From assembly GCA_965216325.1 (NCBI GenBank), contig OZ244160.1, forward strand, positions 2,528,001 to 2,592,000: a stretch of 64,000 nucleotides of DNA. The letters are read 5' to 3'. Shown piece by piece: positions 10,413 to 20,190 of this stretch (position 1 is its first letter; every line of letters begins with the position of its first letter). The notes beneath the pieces were generated by a model, which did not search any database, was not told the origin of the DNA, and saw only the letters and a program-made list of their open reading frames with translations. The position numbers and the translations under genes are program-made. The DNA is from Coraliomargarita sp. (GTDB lineage: Bacteria > Verrucomicrobiota > Verrucomicrobiia > Opitutales > Coraliomargaritaceae).

Positions 10413-13400
10413 ATGTTTAGCTTATTTTTTATTAAACGACCGATCTTCGCCGCGGTGATCTCCATCGTGATCGTGGTGCTTGGTTTGGTTTCGTTGGTTA
10501 GCTTGCCGATCGCGCGCTATCCAGACCTCGCACCACCGACGATCAACGTTTCTGCAGTCTATCCGGGCGCAGATGCCTTGACTGTGGCGGATACCGTTGC
10601 TGCCACTATTGAGAAGGAGGTCAATGGGGTCGAACAGATGATCTACATGAGTTCCGTCAGTGGTAATGACGGTAGCATGAACTTGACGGTTACTTTTGAG
10701 CCCGGGGTGGATTTGGATACCGCCAATGTCCTGGTGCAGAATCGTGTGTCGCTTGCGGAGCCACGTTTGCCCGAGGAGGTGAAACGAACCGGTGTCTCGG
10801 TGAAAAAGCAGTCAACGGACATCGTGATGTTCATTGGACTGACCTCACCGGATAACACCTATGATGCCGCTTATCTTTCCAATTTCGCTAATCTGCGAAT
10901 TCGCGATGATTTGCTGCGTGTGCCCGGCGTCGGTGACGTGATGGTTTATGGCGTTGGTGAATTTAGTATGCGTGTCTGGCTCGATCCAGATCAGCTTCGA
11001 GTTCGTAATCTGTCAGCTTCGGAAGTCGTCGCTGCAATTCGAGAACAAAACATTCAGGTGGCTGCGGGACGTGTGGGTGCCGCGCCTGCACCGACTGGAA
11101 CAGCCTTCGAGTATGTTCTGAGCGCACATGGCCGATTGGTCGAAGTCGAGGAGTTTGAGGATATCGTGGTGGCAACCAGTCCGGATGGTCGCACGATCCG
11201 AATCAAGGATGTGGGGCGCGTAGAGCTGGGCTCAGACGTATATAACTTTGAGTCCCGCTTGAATGGTGCGGCGGCAGCGACCTTGGCGATCTATCAGATT
11301 CCTGGATCCAACTTGATGGAGGTTGCAGATGGGGTGACCGCAAAGATGACCGAGCTGTCTGCTTCATTTCCGAACGATGTGGCTTACAAGGTTGCCTACG
11401 ACTCCACTTGGGTGGTGGATGCCTCGATTAAGGAGGTCGTGATCACACTTTTCGCCACGCTGATTCTGGTGGTCTTAACGGTTTACTTCTTCTTGCAGAA
11501 CATTCGCATGACTTTGATTCCGACGATCACCATTCCAGTGGCATTGATCGGCACCTTCTCGGTCTTGTTGATGTTGGGCTTCTCGTTGAACATCCTGACG
11601 CTGTTTGGCTTGGTCCTGGTAATTGGTATTGTGGTGGATGACGCGATTCTCGTGGTTGAGAATACGGCGGTCCACTTGGACCGAGGCTTGAGCGGTAAAG
11701 AGGCGGCTGCGGTTTGTATGAAGGAAGTCTCGGGCCCAGTTGTTGCGACGACTTTGGTGCTTTTGGCAGTGTTCGTTCCAACTGCGATGATGTCGGGCAT
11801 CACCGGCACGATGTTCAAGCAGTTTGCGATTACGATTTCGATCGCGACGGTTTTCTCCTCGATCAATGCGCTGACCTTGAGCCCGGCTCTCTGTGGTGTG
11901 TTGCTCAAGCCGGGGCAGGGGGAAGCCAAGGGGCTCTTCAAAGCCTTCAATACGACCGTCGAGAAATCGAATAACTTCTACCAAGGCATTGTTCGCTGGG
12001 CCTTGCGTGGTTCGGTGATCGGCATCTGTGTTTTCGTTGGTATTGTTTATATCTCTGTGAAGGGGATGAGTAGCTTGCCAACTGGTTTCGTTCCACAAGA
12101 GGACGAAGGCTATTGTATGATCAGTGTGCAGCTTCCGGATGGTGCGACACTTGAACGCACACAAGCGGTGATGAAGCAAGTTGAGCAGCTTGTGGCAGAC
12201 ACTGAAGGCACTGTTGATTGCTTGGCAATTTCGGGCTATTCTTTGATCGATGGTGCTGCTGCCGCGAATGCTGGATTTGCGGTGGTTGTCTTTGATCAAT
12301 GGGATGATCGTCCGACACCTGAGCTACACCAGAACGGGCTGATTGTGACCATGCAGGGAAAGCTCAACCAGATTCAGGAAGCCGCGGCCTTTGCCTTCCC
12401 GATGCCCTCGCTTCCAGGCGTGGGGATGACAGGTGGTTTCACCTACATGCTGCAAGACCGTGAAGGCGGTGGTCTCGAGCAGTTGCAAACCGTAGCCGGT
12501 GGCCTGATCCAAGAGGCGAATGCGGATCCAGCTGTCGCAGGTGCACGTACGACTTTCCGCGCGAGCGTTCCGCAGATTTTCGTGGATATTGACCGCGAGC
12601 AAGTGAAGCGCACTGGCACATCGATGACTTCGGTTTTCGATACCTTGCAAGTATATCTGGGCTCTTCCTACGTAAATGACTTCACGCTTTTTGGGCGTGT
12701 GTTCAAAGTGACTGCGCAAGCGGATACGCCCTTCCGCGGTGATCCCGACGACATTAATCGACTGGCTGTTAAGGGTGCGGATGGCCGTATGATTCCATTG
12801 GGAGCGGTGGCTTCACTGGAAGAACGCCTCGGCCCGCAGAATGTGATCCGGTTTAACATGATGCCATCGGTTAAGATCCTCGGCAATCCTGCTCCAGGCT
12901 ACAGTTCGGGGCAGGCGATGAATACCATGGAGCGTTTGTCGATGACGAATATTCCTTCGTCGATGGCATTTGCTTGGTCGGAGTTGTCCTATCAAGAAAA
13001 GCAGGCAGCGTCTGGCTTGGCTGCTGTGTTTGGTTTTGCGGTCTTGATGGTGTACCTCTTGCTTGCTGCGCAGTATGAAAGTTGGACCTTGCCGATCTCA
13101 GTTTGTTTGTCAGTTCCAACTGCGCTGTTTGGTGCGGTCTATGCGGTGAAACTCCGTGGCTTTGAGAACAACGTCTACACACAGATTGGTTTGATCCTGC
13201 TGATCGCGCTTTCGACCAAGACGGCGATTCTATTGACCGAGTTTGCCAGTGTGCAGCGTAAGAAGGGCATGAGTATCTTCGATTCTGCGGTTGAGGCGGT
13301 TAAGTTGCGTTTCCGTGCGGTGTTGATGACTGCCTTCTCTTTCATCCTCGGTGTGATTCCCCTTTTGATCGCATCGGGTGCAGGTGCCGCTTCTCGTCAG

Positions 13401-13565
13401 ATTCTTGGCACTGCGGTGTTTGGTGGCATGGTGGCCGCCACGATCCTCAGTTTGATCGTGGTGCCGATGATGTTCTTCGTGATTCAAAAGTTGGTTGAAA
13501 GCATCCGCGGAGGTGAAGCGGCCGTTGTGGCAGGAGAGCAATCCGAACCGAAGGACAATGTGTAG
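10413..13565 (+). CDS. RND efflux permease (HAE1, AcrB/MexF-like)
   Basis: FFIKRPIFAAVISI, GIVVDDAILVVEN, RFRAVLMTAFSFILG; 1050 aa. Confidence 0.95.
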   Translation: MFSLFFIKRPIFAAVISIVIVVLGLVSLVSLPIARYPDLAPPTINVSAVYPGADALTVADTVAATIEKEVNGVEQMIYMSSVSGNDGSMNLTVTFEPGVDLDTANVLVQNRVSLAEPRLPEEVKRTGVSVKKQSTDIVMFIGLTSPDNTYDAAYLSNFANLRIRDDLLRVPGVGDVMVYGVGEFSMRVWLDPDQLRVRNLSASEVVAAIREQNIQVAAGRVGAAPAPTGTAFEYVLSAHGRLVEVEEFEDIVVATSPDGRTIRIKDVGRVELGSDVYNFESRLNGAAAATLAIYQIPGSNLMEVADGVTAKMTELSASFPNDVAYKVAYDSTWVVDASIKEVVITLFATLILVVLTVYFFLQNIRMTLIPTITIPVALIGTFSVLLMLGFSLNILTLFGLVLVIGIVVDDAILVVENTAVHLDRGLSGKEAAAVCMKEVSGPVVATTLVLLAVFVPTAMMSGITGTMFKQFAITISIATVFSSINALTLSPALCGVLLKPGQGEAKGLFKAFNTTVEKSNNFYQGIVRWALRGSVIGICVFVGIVYISVKGMSSLPTGFVPQEDEGYCMISVQLPDGATLERTQAVMKQVEQLVADTEGTVDCLAISGYSLIDGAAAANAGFAVVVFDQWDDRPTPELHQNGLIVTMQGKLNQIQEAAAFAFPMPSLPGVGMTGGFTYMLQDREGGGLEQLQTVAGGLIQEANADPAVAGARTTFRASVPQIFVDIDREQVKRTGTSMTSVFDTLQVYLGSSYVNDFTLFGRVFKVTAQADTPFRGDPDDINRLAVKGADGRMIPLGAVASLEERLGPQNVIRFNMMPSVKILGNPAPGYSSGQAMNTMERLSMTNIPSSMAFAWSELSYQEKQAASGLAAVFGFAVLMVYLLLAAQYESWTLPISVCLSVPTALFGAVYAVKLRGFENNVYTQIGLILLIALSTKTAILLTEFASVQRKKGMSIFDSAVEAVKLRFRAVLMTAFSFILGVIPLLIASGAGAASRQILGTAVFGGMVAATILSLIVVPMMFFVIQKLVESIRGGEAAVVAGEQSEPKDNV

Positions 13566-13683
13566 CCTTGGTAGGGCAAGTTTCACTCTGGATTATTGAT
13601 GGGATGAGTCATGTTCTGGCCGTAGTAAACGGCTATGAGCTTTGGTCGCCTAATGTCATTTTGAATACGGTCTGGCCTGTTAT

Positions 13684-13880
13684 ACCCCTCCGCCTTAGCA
13701 ACCGTCTAAGCTCTTCGAGCTACGCCGGTCACAGAGCTAAGTCACTTTCCCTTCGCAGGGGAGGAGCTTTCTTCTACTAAGCTCTCCTCCTTTTCAATGA
13801 GGAGTGGTCGGCTTGTCCGACCGAGGTGGTTAACTCCTTTAGGGGGATTGCTATATGTCCGCCGTAGCCTTGGCTACGGT
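13684..13880. repeat. Degenerate mosaic of REP-like palindromic elements
   Basis: Non-coding stretch with CCCCTCC...GGGGAGG, CTCCTC...GAGGAG, GGTCGG...CCGACC and CCGTAGCC-TT-GGCTACGG inverted repeats, between convergent genes. Confidence 0.45.
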
Positions 13881-13984
13881 GCAAACGAGACGTGGTGGTA
13901 GCCAACCAGCCCAAACCTTTTGCAAATCATCGGTATGATGCCCTGCTGTTTGCCGACGGGGGAACTATACCTGTGACAACGCAA

Positions 13985-14851
13985 TTAATGCTCAGAACTG
14001 ATCTGCGGAATATCAAACACCTGAGATAAGACTCCGAAATTCGTAGTGCCGCGCTCAATGATAATGCGGCTCTGTAGGACGTCATCCAAATAAGACTCTA
14101 CATGGAAGGCCTCATTCATGCCTTCAAGCTTGTGGTAGTCCTTATAGAGTGTTTTACGAATTTTTCCGTCCGCGAATGTCTCGATTCGGGCCAATACATG
14201 CATGGTTGAAGGGGCGACATAGACCTGCATTTCCGCATCTTGCTCGCTTCTCGTAATGTCTACCAGAATGCATTCTTGCTCCTCCCAGATGGCAAGTTCG
14301 AGATGGCTGATCTCTCCTTCACCTAAAAGCAGAGCGCGCATTACCGGCCCGAAGAATTGGGCACTGTCAATCATGGCCTCAGCTTCTTTTTGCTCAAGAA
14401 GCTTAACCTGGGGGTCCTGTCCCGGTGCAGTTACCCGTTGCCACACGTTTTGTCCATTCACACCGAATGACAAGTCATAGTCCTCAAATTCAAAGGTTAG
14501 CAGCGATTTATCGGGGCGCTTTTTTACCGAAACAAATCGTTGTCTTGCTCCTTCGCCTTCCATCCAGCCGGAAACGCGAATTGTTTGCATCTTGTTGAGC
14601 ATTTCCGAACCGCCATTTGCGATTAGATAGGCCTGTTGGAAGTGGGACTTGTCGAGTAAATCGTCTAGAGAGCCGTAGGGTTCTGTCTTTACTTCTGTAC
14701 TTTCCGAATCATCACCAAACCATCCCCAGAGAGCCATACATACGGAAATGGCCAAGGTCACAATCAAAAGGCACAATGCTCCGAATAGTATCTTTTGTAG
14801 GCGTGTCGGACCGAGTGCAACCGGAGTTGTGTTCGTGTATGATTTGGCCAT
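13985..14851 (-). CDS. Membrane-anchored hypothetical protein, possibly LolA-like/outer-membrane lipoprotein-sorting fold
   Basis: Single N-terminal TM; 'YLIANGG..ML.KMQTIRVSG', 'KKRPDK', 'GVNGQNVW', 'YKDYHKLEG' resemble LolA-like beta-rich periplasmic proteins. Confidence 0.5.
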   Translation of the reverse strand: MAKSYTNTTPVALGPTRLQKILFGALCLLIVTLAISVCMALWGWFGDDSESTEVKTEPYGSLDDLLDKSHFQQAYLIANGGSEMLNKMQTIRVSGWMEGEGARQRFVSVKKRPDKSLLTFEFEDYDLSFGVNGQNVWQRVTAPGQDPQVKLLEQKEAEAMIDSAQFFGPVMRALLLGEGEISHLELAIWEEQECILVDITRSEQDAEMQVYVAPSTMHVLARIETFADGKIRKTLYKDYHKLEGMNEAFHVESYLDDVLQSRIIIERGTTNFGVLSQVFDIPQISSEH

Positions 14852-14882
14852 CCTGTTCCTTTCGTATCTATGATTAAATTAC

Positions 14883-14914
14883 AAAAAAGTCCCGCAGTTT
14901 AACCTGCGGGACTT
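14883..14914 (-). terminator. Intrinsic terminator of the PEP-CTERM gene
   Basis: Stem AAGTCCCGCAG/CTGCGGGACTT followed on the minus strand by a T run, 30 nt after the stop. Confidence 0.8.
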
Positions 14915-14943
14915 GTCTATAAATAATTGCTGTGCGCAAGCTT

Positions 14944-15681
14944 TTACTTGCGACGACGAACCATGACCCATCCAAGGGCAAGGGCACCTGCGATCAGACT
15001 GTAGGTGCTTGATTCTGGAACGGCAGGAGTGTATTCGTAAGTTACAGACGCTGAGAAAGTGCCTGTTGATAGTGCTGATTGCTGACGAAGGACACCGGAA
15101 CCATTTAGGGTGTTGTCTGTGATGGTTGCAGCATAAGCCTTAGCCAGATCAAACTTAACCGTGCCAAGTCCTGTGTAGAGTCCCCAAACCGCTGAATTGA
15201 TCTCGCGGTCTGTTACGCCGTAAGTCTGTTCAGTAGTTGCAAAAGAAGCGTAGTCGCCTTCTCCGGGCTGGACGTCGAAGGTATCAGTTCCCTCGGTGCC
15301 TGTGTCTGGGTCGAGGTTGTATGCGAATGTTTGTGTTGTGTAACTGAAATCTGAAGCGTCCAGCTGGCTAAAACCTGCGTCAGTTGTCAGGTTTCCACCT
15401 TCAAAACCATCTGCACCAAATTCACCGAAATTGTAGTTACCGCTTGCGGTGCCAGTTGCGTCATTGTCGAGCTCAAGAGTTTGAGAAACGACCACATACT
15501 CGATAGTAAGTTTCACTCCAGTCAGTGTTCCCAAGTTAGAGTCGAACTGATTGAGTGTGAGCACGTTTGAGCCCAAGCTCTCAGTGAATTGAAAAGCAAG
15601 AGAATCGTTAAAGGTAACTGTCTCTGCGAAGAGAGCAGCTGGTAGTGCAGCTAGCGCAGCGATTTTAGTCGTAGTATTCAT
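14944..15681 (-). CDS. PEP-CTERM (exosortase-sorted) surface protein with choice-of-anchor E-like domain
   Basis: Signal peptide; LTLNQFDSNLGTLTGVKLT; C-terminal VPESSTYSLIAGALALGWVMVRRRK sorting signal. Confidence 0.85.
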   Translation of the reverse strand: MNTTTKIAALAALPAALFAETVTFNDSLAFQFTESLGSNVLTLNQFDSNLGTLTGVKLTIEYVVVSQTLELDNDATGTASGNYNFGEFGADGFEGGNLTTDAGFSQLDASDFSYTTQTFAYNLDPDTGTEGTDTFDVQPGEGDYASFATTEQTYGVTDREINSAVWGLYTGLGTVKFDLAKAYAATITDNTLNGSGVLRQQSALSTGTFSASVTYEYTPAVPESSTYSLIAGALALGWVMVRRRK

Positions 15682-15740
15682 TGTTAGTATGTTGAGTTAC
15701 TAAATTATAAGTATGTTGCGTCAGTAAATTAAGGTCGTAG

Positions 15741-15770
15741 AAGGCAAACCGAGGCTAACCGAGGCAAACA
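15741..15770. repeat. Three tandem 10-bp direct repeats upstream of the PEP-CTERM gene
   Basis: AAGGCAAACC GAGGCTAACC GAGGCAAACA within an AT-rich intergenic region. Confidence 0.7.
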
Positions 15771-16209
15771 TGATGAAATAATTCGTTATGGAAAGAAAAA
15801 ATAATGGGTAGTTTCCCCCTTTTTTTGTCAGTTTGATACACTAGATTAGAGTTGCTTGTGAATAAACCAGCATTAAGCAGTATTCATTCCAGATGGTCGT
15901 TAAGGGCTTTATTTGTTATAAAAATTTAAAATAAATTCGGAGGATACGATTGGAACTGATCAAAATGAGCCATGTTGACTAATCTAAGGCTAATGAACGG
16001 CGGTTTGTGTCTCGCCACTCTTTTCTCAGTATTCCGGCTATCGAATTGTGTGGAGCAACTCGGGAGCGCCCATGAGATGGTTTGGGATCTTTCGGTGGGG
16101 GACTTTCAGGTAAATGAATGGATTTCTCCTGAATGAGAGTATTTGTGATTAAGGGGCATTGACCTTGACCCGCTTAATCGGAATCTCAATTCGAGCAGAG
16201 AACGAGATC

Positions 16210-16953
16210 ATGAATAATCCCTACGAGTCGGACGAGCTGTTACAGCAGTATTTGGTTTTTCATTATGCGACTGCTACGGAGCAGTTTCCCTATCCTTTTG
16301 GTGGAGTCGATGCGCTGGATTTTCCGCAGCGCTGTGTGACGGAGGGGGTTCTTGCGGAGCGGCTACCTGAAGGAGCGCGCGCTTTGGATCTGGGCTGTTC
16401 AGTCGGGCGTTCAAGTTTTGAACTCGCGCGCTACTGCTCGGAAGTGATTGGGATTGATTTCTCGCAGTCTTTCATTGATGCGGCCAGTCGCTTGCAGCAC
16501 GAGGGCACGCATCCAGCAACTCGCTTGGATGAGGGCTCGGCTTCGACGCAACTGTCGGTCGCGGTTGATCCTGAGCTGGATCGTTCACGCGTTACCTTTG
16601 AGCAAGGGGATGCTCAGGCCATACGCGCTGATATTGGTCAGTTTGATGTGGTGATTGCCTGCAATTTGATCTGCCGGTTGCCCGAGCCGATGCGGCTATT
16701 GCAACGCTTGCCGGAATTAGTGAAGCCTGGTGGGCAGTTGTTCATAACCACCCCATTCACTTGGCTGGAGGAATATACGCCCTCGGAGAATTGGTTGGGC
16801 GATGGTGCACAGGATTCTTTTGCAGGTTTACGTGCCGCTTTAGAGCCTGCGTTTGAGTTGGATGCTCAATGGGATATGCCCTTTTTGATCCGTGAGCATG
16901 CCCGTAAGTTTCAGTATAGTATCGCGCAAGGTAGCCGTTGGTTACGTAGCTGA
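16210..16953 (+). CDS. SAM-dependent methyltransferase, OvoA C-terminal-like (putative 4-mercaptohistidine N1-methyltransferase family)
   Basis: NPYESDELLQQYLVFHY, ALDLGCSVGRSSFELAR, GIDFSQSFI, FEQGDA, NLICRL, PFTWLEEYTP..NWLG, PFLIREHARKFQYS. ATG at 16210 preferred over the upstream TTG. Confidence 0.8.
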   Translation: MNNPYESDELLQQYLVFHYATATEQFPYPFGGVDALDFPQRCVTEGVLAERLPEGARALDLGCSVGRSSFELARYCSEVIGIDFSQSFIDAASRLQHEGTHPATRLDEGSASTQLSVAVDPELDRSRVTFEQGDAQAIRADIGQFDVVIACNLICRLPEPMRLLQRLPELVKPGGQLFITTPFTWLEEYTPSENWLGDGAQDSFAGLRAALEPAFELDAQWDMPFLIREHARKFQYSIAQGSRWLRS

Positions 16954-17163
16954 TTGAGGTTGATCATCCAGTGCTCTTCAATGAACTTAGCAAAGTCTTA
17001 GTTCTCACTTTATTCTGTCTATAGATACTGTAGAATATGAGGGCTGTAGTTCTTTAGATGCAGGCTCACACAACTATGATGCGGATAGCAGCACACTTGG
17101 TTTAGGTATCACTGATTACTTCTAGACTCTCTAGTTGACTTTAGTGAACAAACGCCGCGGTGA

Positions 17164-17868
17164 CTATGCCGTGGCTTCTTTGATATTTCGATATGAGAGG
17201 TATTCCCAATCCATCTTTAGTAGTGCTTCCATTTGATCAGCTACTCGAAGCTGGAGATCGTCTGGATGGATTGAAATTCGGAGCGGTTTTCTGCTTCGAA
17301 TCGCTTTCTTGGTCTGTATACGGTTCCAATGACGGAGAAAGGTTTCTCGCAGGTAGGTGTCAGCCTCGAATCCAGTGAGTGGATAGCTTTCGCGTTCGAT
17401 ACCATTCTCCAGTCGAATCAAACCTCGGGTAGTTTCGATCATCCGATACGGGGCTTGCTGTAAGTGTTCTTTCGAGATGAATCCCAGTGCCCATGCGGGT
17501 GGGACATAGAACTCCGGCTGAGGGAGTTGGTGCTCAATGAACCAAGTGCCTGATTGTATCAGCAAATCCAATACGCCTTGCGAATCAAGGTCCAGGTGCT
17601 CGGCGACATCTCGAGAGATTAGTAGCGAGTGAAGTCGATGGTATAGTTTTCGAGGGGTTGTTTGATGGTGCCAGCCGTGCGCTGCCAGTTGATGCCCTTT
17701 GTCGGCAAGTTCTCGCAGGCGCACGATCTGTTCAGGTGTCCATGCTTTACCTGGGACGACCAGTAAGGTGACGGGGGGCACATTGATGGAGTCTAGCCAG
17801 TCGAGAATCGCTTCGACGCGCGCCATGGTGTCAGGCATGAGGTCGTGTATGCTGACGAGTGCCTTCAT
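17164..17868 (-). CDS. Polysaccharide deacetylase-like protein (DUF2334/CE4-like)
   Basis: VSIHDLMP, TLLVVPG, HGWHH, FYVPPAW, RISIHPDD; ATG at 17868 (MKALVSIHD). Confidence 0.8.
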   Translation of the reverse strand: MKALVSIHDLMPDTMARVEAILDWLDSINVPPVTLLVVPGKAWTPEQIVRLRELADKGHQLAAHGWHHQTTPRKLYHRLHSLLISRDVAEHLDLDSQGVLDLLIQSGTWFIEHQLPQPEFYVPPAWALGFISKEHLQQAPYRMIETTRGLIRLENGIERESYPLTGFEADTYLRETFLRHWNRIQTKKAIRSRKPLRISIHPDDLQLRVADQMEALLKMDWEYLSYRNIKEATA

Positions 17869-17873
17869 TGACG

Positions 17874-19010
17874 CTATTTTTTCGCGTATTTCGCGAGAAC
17901 ATTGGCCCACTGCAGTACGGTTTCACGATTGAGTTGCTCGGCTGCCTTGCGGCAGATCGCTGCTTTGCGTTGCCACTCTTCAGGAGGGAGTTCCAGCAGG
18001 CGGCGGATTGCTTTGGTCAAGGTATCTTCTGGATTGAGTGCAAAGAGTCCGTCTCTGAGGAGTGGCCAATCGTGAATGCCTGCATTGGCAGACACGAGCG
18101 CGGGGCGTCCACGAGCCATCGCTTCGAGTGCAACTGAGCCGAAGGTTTCTAACTTCGAGGGCAGCAGTAAGAAGCTACCAGAGTCGAGGAGCTCGATGAG
18201 CTCTTCACGGTTGAGCCAACCAGTAAAGCGCACGTTGCGCATGCCCTCGGCGGATGTCTCAAGTTTGTTTCGCAGTGGACCATCGCCACCAATTACAAAT
18301 TCGATTTGCGGGAAATTCGCTGCAGCTTCGATGATGCGATCCACATTTTTCTCTGCAGCGAGTCGGCCTGCGAAAATGATACGCTTGATGGTTCCCGGCG
18401 CTGGCTTGAGTGGCTTCTCGATAAATGCTGCTTGTAGGGGGGTGCCCATCACTTCGACACTCGGCGCACCGAGGTCCTCCACATCCTTTTGCAGATTGGA
18501 GTTGTTGATGAGCACGGTCTTACTGTTTTTACACAGTATCCGGTTTGCTGTGCGCAGGTAGCTGTTGACGATGGTTCGTGAGAATGCGTTCCAGTAAATT
18601 CGAGCGAGTTGCTCGAAGTCAGTGTGGAAGGCCGAGATGAATTGTGCCCCGCTGCGCCTCGCGTGAAACAGCCCAAGTAGGCCAAATGGGCCAGGGGTAA
18701 TCGCGATGACAACATCTGGTTTCAGCTTTTTATAGCCGCGGCCAATTCGAAAAATGTTGGGAGTGACCAAGCGTTGCATCGGGTCACCCGGCATCGGTAA
18801 GGAGAGGATGGGGTTGCCGTTGTGATTTTGTGGCTGAAAGATCTCCAGTGCTTCGACTTCTTTGCCCAATTGCCCTGCCAAATCGTGATAATAAGCGCCC
18901 GTGCCATTGCGTTCTGGTAGGGAGTCTGAGAAAAATGCCACGCGCACGTGTTTGGCGGGTGATGCTGATGTTTGCGGTGCTTCGGGGCTGACTGCAGTGC
19001 TGGTTTCCAT
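17874..19010 (-). CDS. Glycosyltransferase family 4 (GT-B, retaining)
   Basis: RVAFFSDSLPERNGTG, FHTDF, FAGRLAAEKN, GDGPLR, ETFGSVALEAMARGRP. Confidence 0.9.
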   Translation of the reverse strand: METSTAVSPEAPQTSASPAKHVRVAFFSDSLPERNGTGAYYHDLAGQLGKEVEALEIFQPQNHNGNPILSLPMPGDPMQRLVTPNIFRIGRGYKKLKPDVVIAITPGPFGLLGLFHARRSGAQFISAFHTDFEQLARIYWNAFSRTIVNSYLRTANRILCKNSKTVLINNSNLQKDVEDLGAPSVEVMGTPLQAAFIEKPLKPAPGTIKRIIFAGRLAAEKNVDRIIEAAANFPQIEFVIGGDGPLRNKLETSAEGMRNVRFTGWLNREELIELLDSGSFLLLPSKLETFGSVALEAMARGRPALVSANAGIHDWPLLRDGLFALNPEDTLTKAIRRLLELPPEEWQRKAAICRKAAEQLNRETVLQWANVLAKYAKK

Positions 19011-19011
19011 A

Positions 19012-20187
19012 CTAAGTCTTTAGGCTACGCGTGATTCGGCAGCGACTCTCCAAAATCGCATCATATGCGCGCTGCAAGCAAACATCGATTTCGCTATTTT
19101 CGCGGTGCTCGCTCTCGGGTTTGTGTTGGTGAGCGCTCTGATGTGGTCCATCGAGGGCGCTCAGTGACACTCGCAGTTGGTCGCTGATTGGAAGCTGCAG
19201 CGTCTTTAGGGTTTGTTTGATCATGCCAGCTGAGTCGGCCTTCAAGTCGGCTTGGTCTAGCACCGCGATCTGATGTGGATCTGCGCTAGCAAGCTGTTCG
19301 TTGAGGTATGGATAGTTGCTGGCAAAGACCTCGCGGAGAAGCTCCTGAGTCGCGCGACCGTCGGGGTCGGTAGCAAATAAAGCACGTGCGCTACTGAGGG
19401 AACTAAGCTGTGAGCTGAGGGCGCTTTGAGGCTCTCGAACGCAGAGCACGAACTGTGCATCGGGAAAATGTTGACGGAGGGCCCCGGTCCATGAGGCGAA
19501 GGCGGCATTTTTCGAGAGAAAGCGCTTATTCGGCGGGCTGCAGTAGAGGTGCTTCTGAATACAGCGCTCGTAAAAGTTGAGGTGTTGCTGCTGGCTGTAG
19601 CCGTTGGCCCTATTGAGCATGCCGACTTGTTTGAGCGATGGAGTAAAGGGGAAGGCTAGGAGCAGGATAAAGCAGCTGCCAATTGGCAGTAGCCAGAGGT
19701 AGTCTTCCTCGGGGATATCGAGGCCGACTTCGTGAATGTCATTGAAATCGCCGGCTTCGGAGGTGATTAGACGGTTGATTGCTTTTCTCCCGAAGCCGCC
19801 GAGGGCTCTGTCGATCGCTCCAAGGGTTCGGAGCACTTTACGCTCGGTAATTGATGGAGCCAGCACGGCTTCCCAGGTGCTGACTGTAGTAAACTCCTCG
19901 GAGTTTTGGGCCAGCATACGGTGGACAAAGGTGGTTCCGCTGCGTGGAATGCCTGAAATAAAAACGGGGGCTTTGATTGCCACTTTTCGATAGCTACGAA
20001 AGAGGCATTCATCGATCAAGAAACCGAACCAGTGAATCACTTGAAAGCCGACAAAGAGTGGGTACGCGATCAGCAATAGCAGCAGACGCTTCAGGCCTAG
20101 GGGGGCACCCGCGTGTTTGCCCGGCCAGAGCGACTGGAGCCACCAAAGGCCATGTCGGCCTAGGCTTTTGATGAACAGTGCGAACAT
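19012..20187 (-). CDS. PAPS-dependent sulfotransferase (Sulfotransfer_3/Stf3-like) with N-terminal membrane segment
   Basis: 5'-PSB loop PVFISGIPRSGTTFVHRML, PEED, FLSKN, FPDAQFVLCVREP.SALSS 3'-PB motif. Confidence 0.85.
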   Translation of the reverse strand: MFALFIKSLGRHGLWWLQSLWPGKHAGAPLGLKRLLLLLIAYPLFVGFQVIHWFGFLIDECLFRSYRKVAIKAPVFISGIPRSGTTFVHRMLAQNSEEFTTVSTWEAVLAPSITERKVLRTLGAIDRALGGFGRKAINRLITSEAGDFNDIHEVGLDIPEEDYLWLLPIGSCFILLLAFPFTPSLKQVGMLNRANGYSQQQHLNFYERCIQKHLYCSPPNKRFLSKNAAFASWTGALRQHFPDAQFVLCVREPQSALSSQLSSLSSARALFATDPDGRATQELLREVFASNYPYLNEQLASADPHQIAVLDQADLKADSAGMIKQTLKTLQLPISDQLRVSLSALDGPHQSAHQHKPESEHRENSEIDVCLQRAYDAILESRCRITRSLKT

Positions 20188-20190
20188 GCG

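Noticed and set aside
15735..15800. c-di-GMP-I riboswitch suggested by GGCAAACC
   Set aside because: It is on the wrong strand for the adjacent PEP-CTERM gene and lacks the GAAA tetraloop/second stem; better explained as a tandem 10-mer.
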